From positions 777,665 to 841,664 of the forward strand of contig NMRA01000003.1 in assembly GCA_002633005.1 (NCBI GenBank): a DNA stretch of 64,000 nt, written 5' to 3'. Source of the stretch: Phoronis australis. Taxonomy: Eukaryota > Animalia > Phoronida. Made by a program: the position numbers and the translations under genes. The notes under the pieces were generated by a model that was not told the DNA's origin, ran no database searches, and saw only the letters and a list, made by a program, of their open reading frames with translations. Of this stretch, positions 14,501 through 25,865 are shown in pieces (position 1 is the stretch's first letter; the number at the start of each line of letters is the position of its first letter).

Positions 14501-15316
14501 TGTTCATCTCGCACAACCAAATTAAACTGTGCCGTCAAATTTTGTTCAGTGATATTTATACAAGCAAGAGCAAGTTGAAATATAGTTCACAACAACGACA
14601 GATTAAATAAATACGATATAACATTCATGGAAAAAATTGTCAGTTAAAACTGCTAGTAAATATTCGCTTAAGAGCCCAAAAGACCCTAACTCCTAATTAT
14701 GTTCGGTTTGACCTTAAATAAAACTGAGCGGCTGAATTGAAAAACGAGAGCTAATCAATTTCAAGAGATCATGACCGTGATCACATAATGCTCGCAAAGA
14801 TTTTTGTTGTCTTAAAGAAAATCGCACATCTAATAATTAAAGATTTAAAGATTTTCTTCCAATCTCGCCTCATCGTACAAACACCATTAAGCGACTATTG
14901 AAGAGTGAGGATTTATGGTTAGACAAACTACGCAATAGATCTCGACAAACACTCTCGGATTTAAAACGTTAATGCAATTAAGTAATGGAGTGAGAGACGA
15001 TGGGTACCCGGAGTTAAGCCGGTGAGAAAGCCCGTCTAGATCTGTGTAAATACTGTCCAGCATGGGATAACAAAACTAACCCAGTGAACAACTTCCTTAT
15101 CGAATCGAAGATGAAAAGTAACTCTTAAAATTTTTAAAAATCCAGTTTTACTAATTTCCAAGTGAGTAAAAATGACACTTGTCGTTCATGTGTCTAGGAG
15201 TTTTTATAAATCTATTGAATCATTCTGATTATTTCAGTAGTCCCTCCCCGCTATCTGATGCCTTGACGGTCGCTTGGCGCACAACTTGATTTGCACGGCC
15301 TACTTGGAAAATCTGA

Positions 15317-15400
15317 CCAATTGGTTGGCCGCGGTGTACGCTGGGAAGGTCGTGACGTCATCAGTGGCGGTAGTCGATGATAAATCACAGAACCGGGGAT
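15317..15400 (+). promoter_or_regulatory. Candidate Pitx proximal promoter
   Basis: GC-richer patch about 300 bp upstream of the ATG. Palindromic CCAATTGG (15317-15324), perfect CRE TGACGTCA (15353-15360), Inr-like TCAGT at 15361. Confidence 0.5.
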
Positions 15401-15658
15401 TTAAGCCGAACGCAAACAGTGTCTGTGGAAAAATGGTCCATAACTTACTTATGTCAATTAGTGTGTAAGTTCTATTAAATGTGCAATCAGCCCAGAAGAC
15501 GAACACACTAGTCGACACCTCGGTAGAGACGTAGTGGACAGACCAAAGAACCCTTGAATCACGGGACTCTCCCAAGAGAGCTCACTGATTGTGTGGAGGT
15601 TTATCTCGTCTGAGCAACTTATCATTTCAAGATTGCATAGCAGTGCCGAAACGTGAAA

Positions 15659-15752
15659 ATGACAGAAACCTTGAATTTGGATGAGTTTATGTGCCAACAG
15701 AGTCAGTCGCAGCAATCGCCGACTCGAGAAATGGAGGAGAAAAGCAACTCAG
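15659..15752 (+). CDS. Pitx: Pitx homeobox protein, coding exon 1
   Basis: ATG-initiated MTETLNLDEFMCQQSQSQQSPTREMEEKSNS-G, ending at the consensus donor CAG|gtaagt (phase 1), in frame with the homeobox exon. Confidence 0.75.
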
Positions 15753-17362
15753 GTAAGTGTTTTAACTTTCGTGAAAATTCAAATTTTTTTTCTTAATAGA
15801 AATACACAAACAACTAAGCTACTGAGTAAAAAAAAATGATTATTTATAAACCGCGTTACTATTATGCATTATCTGCTAAACATATTAAAAACTTATTTTC
15901 GACGTTTTTTAAAATAATTCTTTAGGTCTCCCATAATACACGAGAAACTGAGTGCACGCATAAACCTGAGATCCACAAAGATCCGTTTTCTAATGTCTAA
16001 ATACGCGAAGAAATACCTTCAAAAACTCGTGAAACTTCAAGAAACTTTAAGTCAAATTCATAGAGAGATTAAATTCACATAAAATTGAGAAGAAGTTCTC
16101 AGTGACATTTACTGAACACCCTCACTACGATTCATTGAACTGGGTTTATATATCAACTCTCCATTATAGCTCAACACTAAAACGTGCTTAAAATGAAATA
16201 CAAATTTTACATCGATACTACCAAATCCATAGATAAAATACATTGAAAAGATTTTAAGGACAATTTTAATCACCTTTTCACGTCTGCACCAGTTACTAGT
16301 TCTTATACCACGGTATATCTTTATCTTGAACTCCCCGAGTCCTTGCGTGGTATTCAAGTAACATGTTTCAGATCATAGATAGGTCATGTATTTAAATAAA
16401 TCAACTCGTTTCAAAGACAAACATTTGAACACTTCAGTTTGAGTGTTTAACTTGAAGCAAACCGAGTAAATAATTTTAGTTTAACCAAATAATTGGCCAT
16501 CTTAAAATCGTTCACTGTGACGACACTTTTATATCTTATTAATATCTCGAAACGCATTAAAGTACCCTGTGAAACAAATCCTTTAAGCGTGACCAATGCT
16601 ATGATTGTAGAAGGTTTAACTAAACACTCTCGTCAGTGAGGCTTTAAAGAATTACATGACGATATCCTTTTATAGAGCAGTAACGTAGAAGTCAAGTCAA
16701 TAATTTAACACCTTTACGAATCTTTGTTTTTTGCAACAAATGTGCTGTTCATTTTATGAACACATTTTTATGAATACAAAATATACACAGTTTCGTGTTT
16801 TTTTCTGTGCAAACATTTTTAACATTTTACCATTGTTGTCATTGAAATGCACCACCTTGAAGTAACTTTACGCATAATTTAGAAACACTTCAATTCAATC
16901 TACTGACCAAAAAAGAACGAGCTAGTTCATCAAAATGGAAATATAACACGATAGAAGAAAATATTAAAAGTATTTGATTCATTGTTTTCCAAAACAAGGC
17001 GTTACATTCCAAACACAAATATTTTACATGACTTGGAAAAATACTCGTTCAAGGGATGCGTCTACCTCAATACCACCCGCCAATATTTGTACAATAAACA
17101 CTGAAGATGTACTAATTTTGACTCGTACAATTTATCAGTTTCAATCACACCGCCCAACTGTTATCGCGTTACACGGTCCTAACACGCTGTTGAGACCTCT
17201 GAGGCAGTTTATCTGGCCCTATTGGCTGTAGAGAACCACTTGTCACATTCAGAGTGGCAAACATGTGATAACCTTTACCTGTGCACACCTTGGGACCAAC
17301 ATCTGACAACTCGCGAGTGCGCATGTGCAAAACTTCAAGGTGAGACAAAATGCAAATTAATG

Positions 17363-17434
17363 GAGAGAGGAGAGAGAGAGAGAGAGAGAGAGAGTGAGAG
17401 AGAGAGAGAGAGGGAGAGGGACAGAGAGGGAGAG
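17363..17434. repeat. (GA)n microsatellite in Pitx intron 1
   Basis: Imperfect GA dinucleotide run read directly. Confidence 0.95.
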
Positions 17435-18164
17435 ATGATGCGTATGCATTGTTTCAGTTAAAGGGATATACGAAAAGGGGTGTGCGATGTTTTTATTTTC
17501 ACAAAGCAAAAGTAATAAATCGGTAGACTTATAAATATCGGAAATGTGAAAGGCAAAGTTTCGAATGTCAAAGACAGTTTCGCATCATAAAATATAAAGG
17601 CATGATGCAGTAAAACATAATTAAAATTGAGTTGTCAATATATGATTATGATACCTTGATACCAAGTTTGGCCCACTTTTCGATGCTGAAGCAAAAACGA
17701 ATGTAGCCAAGACTCGCTAAATCTAAACCTGGTGCCAATGAACGGTTATATCGCGGCAGTTAAGTGAAGGGCGCAACAACACATACTATAAAATTGGGTG
17801 TTCTAAACTTTCTGGAAATACGAAATTTCGAAGTAGCAAAAACTTCAAAATTTTTGAATGAAATTTTCAAGTAGAAGACAGGGAGTCAGCGTCGCTGTAG
17901 TTTGATTTGTTGTTCAGAGACAGGGGAAGAAAGCAAAACAAATGGGGAATAACACAGTCATAAACAGCAATAAATGTTAGTTGCAGTAACACGTTTATTA
18001 CAGCTTACGCTATAGGGAGTGCAAAAAACGTCTTTTCCCTTTCTGTAAGAAAAGACAAAAGTTTGATTTTGAAGCTTTATAAGCGCAATCACTGAAAAGA
18101 GGTCAAATAATGGAAACAAAGACTATCCGATTAAACTGAGGCTACTACAGTGGATTTTCAAAAA

Positions 18165-18530
18165 CAACAATGACAACATCATGATTATAGTAATATCAAT
18201 CACAACAGTAATAGCATTGGTAATATTACTACTACTGCAGCTACTACTACTACCACTAATACTACTAAATACTAATTACAATAATATGAATAAAAACAGT
18301 AATAACAACAATAACAATAACAGGAAGTAAAATAATAATAATTATTATTATTATCCTCATCATAATCATAACATTAGTAATAATATCAACAGCAACAGTA
18401 ATGATGATAATAATAATAATAATTACTATTATTATATTAATAATGATAATAACAGTAATAGTAATGGTAATGATAATAACTGTGATAGTTTAGTATAATA
18501 ACAACATAATAATAGTTGTAACAAATCATC
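18165..18530. repeat. Degenerate (AAT/AAC/ACT)n low-complexity tract
   Basis: Trinucleotide-periodic AT-rich run read directly. Confidence 0.9.
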
Positions 18531-18816
18531 ACAAGAAGTATAATATTTCTAAATATTCTCTGTAAAGTTGCCCCTGGTAATGATAACTATTATTAGTAAA
18601 GTGAGTAATTAAGTGAACAAAGAAGTAAAAATAAACAGAAATACCAGTTGCATTTGTAACAATATGATTAAGCATGACAATAACTATAACAGATGCCTTT
18701 AACAATTTGCAAGATTTGCATTTTACATCATTGAAAATTGAGCTATTATTATTTTTAAAATTAAGTTAAACATTTATTCCTAACAATTTGTCGACATTCA
18801 TTTTTCTTATAAATAA

Positions 18817-19089
<273 letters not shown>

Positions 19090-19396
19090 TAGCACAAAAA
19101 TCCATGTAATAATATCAAAAACAAACTGTTCTCGTTTGGTCAATCGGTTAGAGGGCCAATCATGGTAATTACCGGAAATGGCCCTTAATTGCCATACGCT
19201 ACCAGTTTCAAAGTTTTGAAACTATTGAAATCAATAAAAGTGACATCAATTGAAAAAAATTAGGTTTAGATGGATTCCCCAAATAATATTCCCGTATGAT
19301 ACGTTTTCACTGTTGCTTTTAAATTGCCTGAGAAACAACGAAACTTTCCTACCATTATGAAATTAATTTATCATTTGTTTGTCAAGAAATCTACGG

Positions 19397-19770
19397 TTAA
19401 GTGGCCCTAGAACAAGTGAACTAGTTAGAAGGATCAATTGAACACGAGCAAACACTTAGGTAGATTAACGGATTAGACGCAAAATATGGCCATCCCTTGC
19501 GCGTAGTCCGGCACACTTACGCGCACGTGAGGGTGAGACGGCCTGGCGAAGGCAAGGTCCACTTGAGTGGGACGATAGCCGCTCCAAAAAATATGCTGTT
19601 CTTTTTTCCCTACTAACGGAAATATCAAGTTTCATAGACATTTGTGTATTTACTTATCGAGTGCTGCTTGTACAAACACTTGATCAAGAATATGCTAACA
19701 AGTCATTTCGTCTTTGTAATTATTCCACTATTAGAAGTCGTTATCTCTCCCATGCAATTAGACGCTAATC
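19397..19770. promoter_or_regulatory. Candidate Nodal-responsive (ASE-like) intronic enhancer
   Basis: FoxH1-type TGTGTATT (19643-19650) next to a Smad AGAC (19636-19639), three NK2 consensus sites (19397, 19560, 19677) and GGATTA (19470), all in the last Pitx intron. Confidence 0.45.
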
Positions 19771-21234
19771 AATTTGCATAACTGATACATGCAACCAATC
19801 TGCGACAATAAAGAAACATATATAGAACTGTTTGGTTGGGTAATCCTCGTATAATGGACAGGCTTAGCACAGGCTGAGCTATAGCGTTTCATGACAATCG
19901 CATAGTTATGGTTAGTTTATCGACTGGAGGTATGATTAGAAATCTACGTGTTAATACAGAAAAGAAGTTTATATATCACGTTTTAACGAAAGGCAATGCA
20001 ACGCACCAAAGACGCATTTTGATTAGAAATTATCAACGTGACGTCATTGCGATCATCAAGAACATTATTGTTATTTTTTACAACTACTTTCTTGAAACTA
20101 AAAACTGTTTTTAGATATTTTAGCAAAATACAGACGAGCGCGTAAGACATATGATGTAATGAAGATCTAATATGTTTTACATATGCGTTTAACTGGATAA
20201 TTAATAATCAACGACAAACTTGATTAATTAGCGAGACGGCTCATTATGCCAGCCGAGTCTAATCGTGATATAAAGCACTCAAGAATGCAACAAGATTTGA
20301 ACTTGTAACGATTCGACTATATCAAAAACTTTTGTTTTTTCTTTGGTAAAACAACAGTTTGTAGCAAGTAATTACTCTTAATCGTGTGCAATCTATGAAT
20401 TTTAATGACAGCATTAAGTTGAAATACTTGTGGCGATTTCCTTGGACTAATCCCTCGTGGTCCCAGGAGTATTCAATCTCAAATAAATTCGTTCAAACAA
20501 TTTACCCACGGACGAGATTCATTAGACAAAAGGATTAGTCCGCTATATAAATTCATAATTAAGTCTTACACTAGTCAAAGATGAGATTTTTAAGACTCTC
20601 CATAGACAAGGTTTGCCTTATGACCAGTGCAATTTATTTTCTTTTGAGTAGAGTCATGATCTTTCTACGTAATAAAAACTATTTCAGAGTAATTATTTCC
20701 AAGAATGTCGTCATAACATTTTATGCTTGACTAGCGAGAAAAAGCGGAGGTAATTAACGTCATTTCTGTAAACCTGTATATTATCTAGGATTAACAATTA
20801 CCATTGTTTTAAAAAAGTGAAAGAAGTTACTAAGATCCGAGTTGTTATCTTGTTATTCGTTTACCAATAGATTGAATTCATCAATGCGAACTTTGATAAT
20901 TTGTAGCAGATATTTTACGGTTTACTAAAGTGGTAAGAAATGAACGCCATTATGTTTTTATTCTAAACTTACTGATAGAAGGTTTTTAACAATAAGGTTA
21001 TTCAATTTAAAATTACCATTACTTTTATTAACAAAAGAAAATATACAAGGCAGCTTATAAGCGGTTTTGGGAAATTACTAAAAATTAGCTCCTAAGGCAA
21101 TAAGTACGCCGGCGGATCTAGGATGCTGCAAGGGGCCCAAACATAAATTTCGAAGGAAAATCTTCGTGTAACTCATAAAATCAATAAACCTTTTAATTAA
21201 CAGATCATTTAATTTACTTCATTTCGTTTTTTAG

Positions 21235-21708
21235 GTTTGGTTTAAAAACAGGCGAGCTAAGTGGCGGAAGCGAGAGAGGAATCTTGAACCGTACAAAAAT
21301 GGCTTCGGTCCTCAGTTCAATGGCCTTATGCAGTCGTTCGATGACGGTCTCTACTCCAGTTACACATACAACAACTGGGCGACCAAAGTCCCCAGCCCTC
21401 TGGGCAGTAAAGCGTTCCCGTGGGGTCTCAACTCAGTTCCGGTTCCGTCACAAAGTATGTGTTTCTCGTCTCCCGCAAACACAATGAACACTGTAAATAT
21501 GAACACACCATCTTCACCCTGCCCATATGCCGGGGCCCCAAACCCCTACAACCTTTACAACAGAGACTCGTGTACGAACAGCATAGCCACGTTACGACTG
21601 AAAGCGAAACAGCACGCCACTGGTTTCGGCTACTCGCCCATGTCTCCTCGACAAACGACGCTGTCAGCTTGCCAGTACGCAACTGTGGGAAACGGAACTC
21701 CGATGTGA
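21235..21708 (+). CDS. Pitx: Pitx coding exon 3 (helix 3 with K50, OAR domain, stop)
   Basis: Acceptor ttttttag|[19 protein letters not shown] (K50), Pitx-typical YNNWA and [19 protein letters not shown]-terminal [10 protein letters not shown] at 21706-21708. Confidence 0.97.
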   Translation, partial: VWFKNRRAKWRKRERNLEPYKNGFGPQFNGLMQSFDDGLYSSYTYNNWATKVPSPLGSKAFPWGLNSVPVPSQSMCFSSPANTMNTVNMNTPSSPCPYAGAPNPYNLYNRDSCTNSIATLRLKAKQHATGFGYSPMSPRQTTLSACQYATVGNGTPM

Positions 21709-24289
21709 CTTTCGGAAACTAGATAATAGCACCAGTCCCTGCACGTTAGTTGAGGACGTGGCAAACATACTGTCAAAATGAGATCGAAATGGTGTGCAGT
21801 TCGATCAAGACACGACAGTGTCGTGAAAGTAATTTATTTATTAAAACGGACACATTTGCTAATAGTATAAGAGGGTTGGAGGTACTCGACTGTGTTTTAA
21901 CAGGGGCGCGGCTGAAAAATTATCCACCCATTTGGAGACTAAACAAGAAAATGTCCACGCGTAGGGAGATTGGGTGAAACCGTTTGACTCTTTCGTAGGG
22001 ATTTGTTTCACAAACGCCACCCTTTTGTTGGGAATAATTCTACAAACCTGACACTTTCGTGTGTAGCCTTGGTCAGATGAGTTTTAAACCCTTATAAGCC
22101 TAAAACAGTACAAAAAGAGGTTCCCATGTCGGCAAAAATCAGTGCATATTTTGCAATAAAAACTTCAACAGTATTGATGGAATTAAAAAAAATGTTCTGT
22201 AGATTTTTGTAGCTGGGCAAATGGACCTTCTGTAGAATTCTGCAAAGTGAAACCTTACGTAGGGATTTTTTTAGTGAAAGGCATCCATTAATTGAGAATT
22301 TTGTTACAAAAGCTGCTCTTTTGTGTAGGGAATCTGGTAATGAAAGTCGCCCTTCTGAATGGCACGTCGGGTGTACGTCTTCTATGGCAGCGCTCCACTG
22401 GAGGATGTTACAGTGAAATGCAATATTGTTGACCAACACCAAGTTTAGATCTGTTGCTTGCAATGAAATGCAGTTGATGGGTCATCACTGGATTAGACAC
22501 AACCAAAGCACCTTTTTGCATTTTGTTTTACATTTGAGATGAATATGTCATGTTTGAAATGATGTATTATAACATTTTGGTCGTTAGATATACCAAGTAT
22601 ACATTGTTACATGGTGTGCATTTGCGTTATTTAATTGTCTATGTAAATATATTTCCTATGAGTGAATGAAAACCTCTTATAATAATTCCAAAACAATTTC
22701 ATTAACACGCCTTTGCAATTGATATTGATGGCCACGTGTGATGCGGACTCAATCGCGTGTGGTACGGACAACATAAACTTGTTGCACGTATTGTAGAAAA
22801 ACGAATTTGAACTTACGTCCACAGACATACCGTGACGCATTCATTCAAACGCTTTTTTATATTCAGCCGATGTTCATATAACTAGTTACGAGAAGCTCCT
22901 ACCAATTATCTATTCACAATTTTGCAAATAACATAGGAATGACAAATTTCCATGGTATCTGAGTAATCAATAGTTATGGATAAACGTCCTGTTTTATGCG
23001 AAGCTATACATGGATTATAAAACAACATGTTATGAGGCATACCTGAGAATGTATGGTAAAATATGATAAATAGAATAACAATGTTGCAAACACTATATGT
23101 GAAACAGGCTCTAATTTATCGGCGACGCACGACTTTTAAAACCTCACATTTTTGCGAAAGTGATCATCTGATTCTAAACATCATTCTACTTTAATTGAGT
23201 TATTACTAATCCTGGAATTCGGCCGGTTCCAAAATAAGCAAAATGTCCCTTGACCTATGTATATTTGAGTGCAACTTGTTGATAAGACTGACAATCGTTG
23301 ATCAAATTTAGTTACTTCGAACCAGCAGTCAAACTATTTCTGATAAAGCAAAAATGTTGAGATAAGGTTACGGGCAATTTTTCATGTAATTATTTTAATT
23401 AAAACTAGAATTGAGTTTAATCACATGTAAGGTAGTGTATTTCGTAAGTAATTTAATACGCTGAACTATAATAAAACATAAAATGTATGTCAGGGTTAGG
23501 GTCAGGACGGAAAGTCTATTTGGCTTACCACTGGATTCCTTCTCCACCAATTCGAGATCCTAGACTTACTTTTAAAAGGCAAGTTAACTGAAATCGATAG
23601 CCGCAATCATGTAACTGTGAATCCTTTGACAAAATATAGGAATTTGTTAATTTCATTTAGACTGACAGCAAAAATTTCTCTCGTTTACACGAATTTATTT
23701 AATCAATTTAAATTAAAATTCAAGTATGAAGGTCAGAACCAAAGATGCTCAAGCATAATTCAACACTTCGTGAAAATTGGCAGAGGTCATGTCCAGGGGC
23801 AAGAATAACAAATTCTAATCATTGGAATCTGTTAAACTCTTAAATTCTCCAATTGCATGAGCAGAGCAACAAAACGTAATTCAATTTTTAAATTAAGACA
23901 TATGTTAAAATACATATCTTATTTACATAATGATACATTATAAAGCCGTCTAGTATATTGTTTTCGTAATTAAAAGAGACACTTAGTTTTTAAAGTAAGG
24001 ATGCTTCAGATTTATCTTTACTGTTGTCGTGAAAAAAAATCGGTATTTACTTTACAACTATGGAAACTCAGTTCATACTATTTATGTAAACATAAGTTCA
24101 AAAACTGTCGAAACTGTGGCTTTTAACAACTCAATGGGCAACACTAACTAAAGAACACGCATTTTCAGTAGAAACAAATGATTATTACAATACGTATCTA
24201 TTCGTTGTACATTTGTTAATTATCTGGTATTTGTTGAGCTTGGCTTACTTTACTTACACTTATAAATCAAGATAGTTACAGCAGTAACA

Positions 24290-25865
24290 AAATAAATTGG
24301 CATTGTAAAGAATACAACAGCATAAACAAAGAATGTGACGTTAAGTAACACTAGTTATTATGAGATGCTATTGGATGAACAGAATGGTTTCAGGAAAAAT
24401 AGATCTAGTTAAGATCACATATTTATCTCGTCATCTACCATGAAAAAGATTAAAATTTAAGCGATACTTTGGCTTGCCTCATCTACTTCCAAAAGGCATT
24501 CGACTGAGTGGACAGAGACCTTCTTCTTTCAAAATACCTCGGCGTGTATTCGCGCAGACAGTACTACCGATTGATTTCCGACAACTAATGGGGTACGTCA
24601 CAATTTTCGTCACCCACTTTGTGTAGCATTTCTCTGAATAATCTCGCAATCTAGCCAAAAATTGCCAATAGTGTAATCAAAGTAAGCAACTATTTTACTA
24701 TATGTTGATGATATTGTTCTGTTAGCGGAAAATGAGGTCAACTTACAGATTATGTTGAACAAAGTTCACCGAAGGTGCTGCAAGTGGAAGTTGGAGGTTA
24801 ATGAAAGTAAAATAAATATTGTACATTTTAGAAACAGAACGTTCCCAGACACAGAATTCTAAATTATATGACAAATCACAAATATCTGAGACTGCACTTT
24901 GATGAATTTTTGAATTTTGATGTTGGGGGTGGAGTAGCATTTAATGTGGTTATTTCAAAGTTCAGATCTATGAAGGATGTCGGTTTTAATACTTTCAACA
25001 CAACGTATAGAATAGGGCTCTTTGCTTATGGAGTATGGAGCTAACATTTGGAGATTTTGTGATATGAAATCTTGTGAAAAGGTCCAAAACCGTGCCATGA
25101 GATATTTTTAGGTTCACCGCTTCCCACCCATAATAGTCATGCAAGGGGGTTTGTGGTGGCTTTCTACAAGGTGTAGTCGTTTTGTGTGCATGATGAGACT
25201 TTGGAATTGACTTATAACCTAGGAATCAGTAGAAAAAAAATTTGATTGGGATTTCATTCAATGCGGTAAAAATTGGTCAACAGAAATGCAACAGATTTTT
25301 AATGTATAGGAATAATGTATCTGCGTCGTAGTCGTTTTGTGATATGGAACCTACTGTATGACTACGACTCTCTGAAATATTTTGAGGCAGGCTGGAGGGA
25401 TGGTATTAGGACAAAATAAAAATTGAGAAACTTGCATATTGTATAAACAAAATTTGAAACCTTATTACTATGTATGTTATTTTTCATCAAGAGTCAGAAT
25501 GTCTTTATTTTGTCAGCTCAGGCTCGGTGCTATTCTTCTGGAGATAGAAGTTGGCAGACACAATAAGAGGCAGAGAACAGATTATGTCCTTCATATGATT
25601 TCAATGCTGCAGAAGATGAATTCCATTTCATGTGTTACTGTACTCTATATAATAATTTCCGAAAAACATTTCATGTCTAACAATTTCTTGATAAAGTGAA
25701 TTTTTAATGGTTAATCTGAGCTCTCTGTTTCTACGCAAAACACATTTTTGAAAAGCAACCGATTCTTTATTTGATAGCAGTGGCTTAGAAGCCCAATGGA
25801 CTGGGTGTTATTTACAAATATTCTAAAATTTGTTTAAACCTGTTTAAAACACTAAAATAAATAAA
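24290..25865 (+). mobile_element. Decayed 5'-truncated non-LTR retrotransposon (RT and C-terminal region; possibly RTE-X-like)
   Basis: Broken RT motifs EQNGFRKNRS, FQKAFD-VDRDLL, LYVDDIVLLAENE and VQNRAMRYF, then C-terminal QLRLGAILLEIEVGR and EDEFHFMCYC. Many stops and frameshifts; A-rich end near 25856-25865. Confidence 0.85.

Noticed and set aside
17222-17461. ORF with an ERERER tract
   Set aside because: It is a translation of the (GA)n microsatellite in a Pitx intron.
21284-21722. Alternative-frame and antisense ORFs over Pitx exon 3
   Set aside because: Shadow ORFs of a GC-richer coding exon, with no recognisable motifs.
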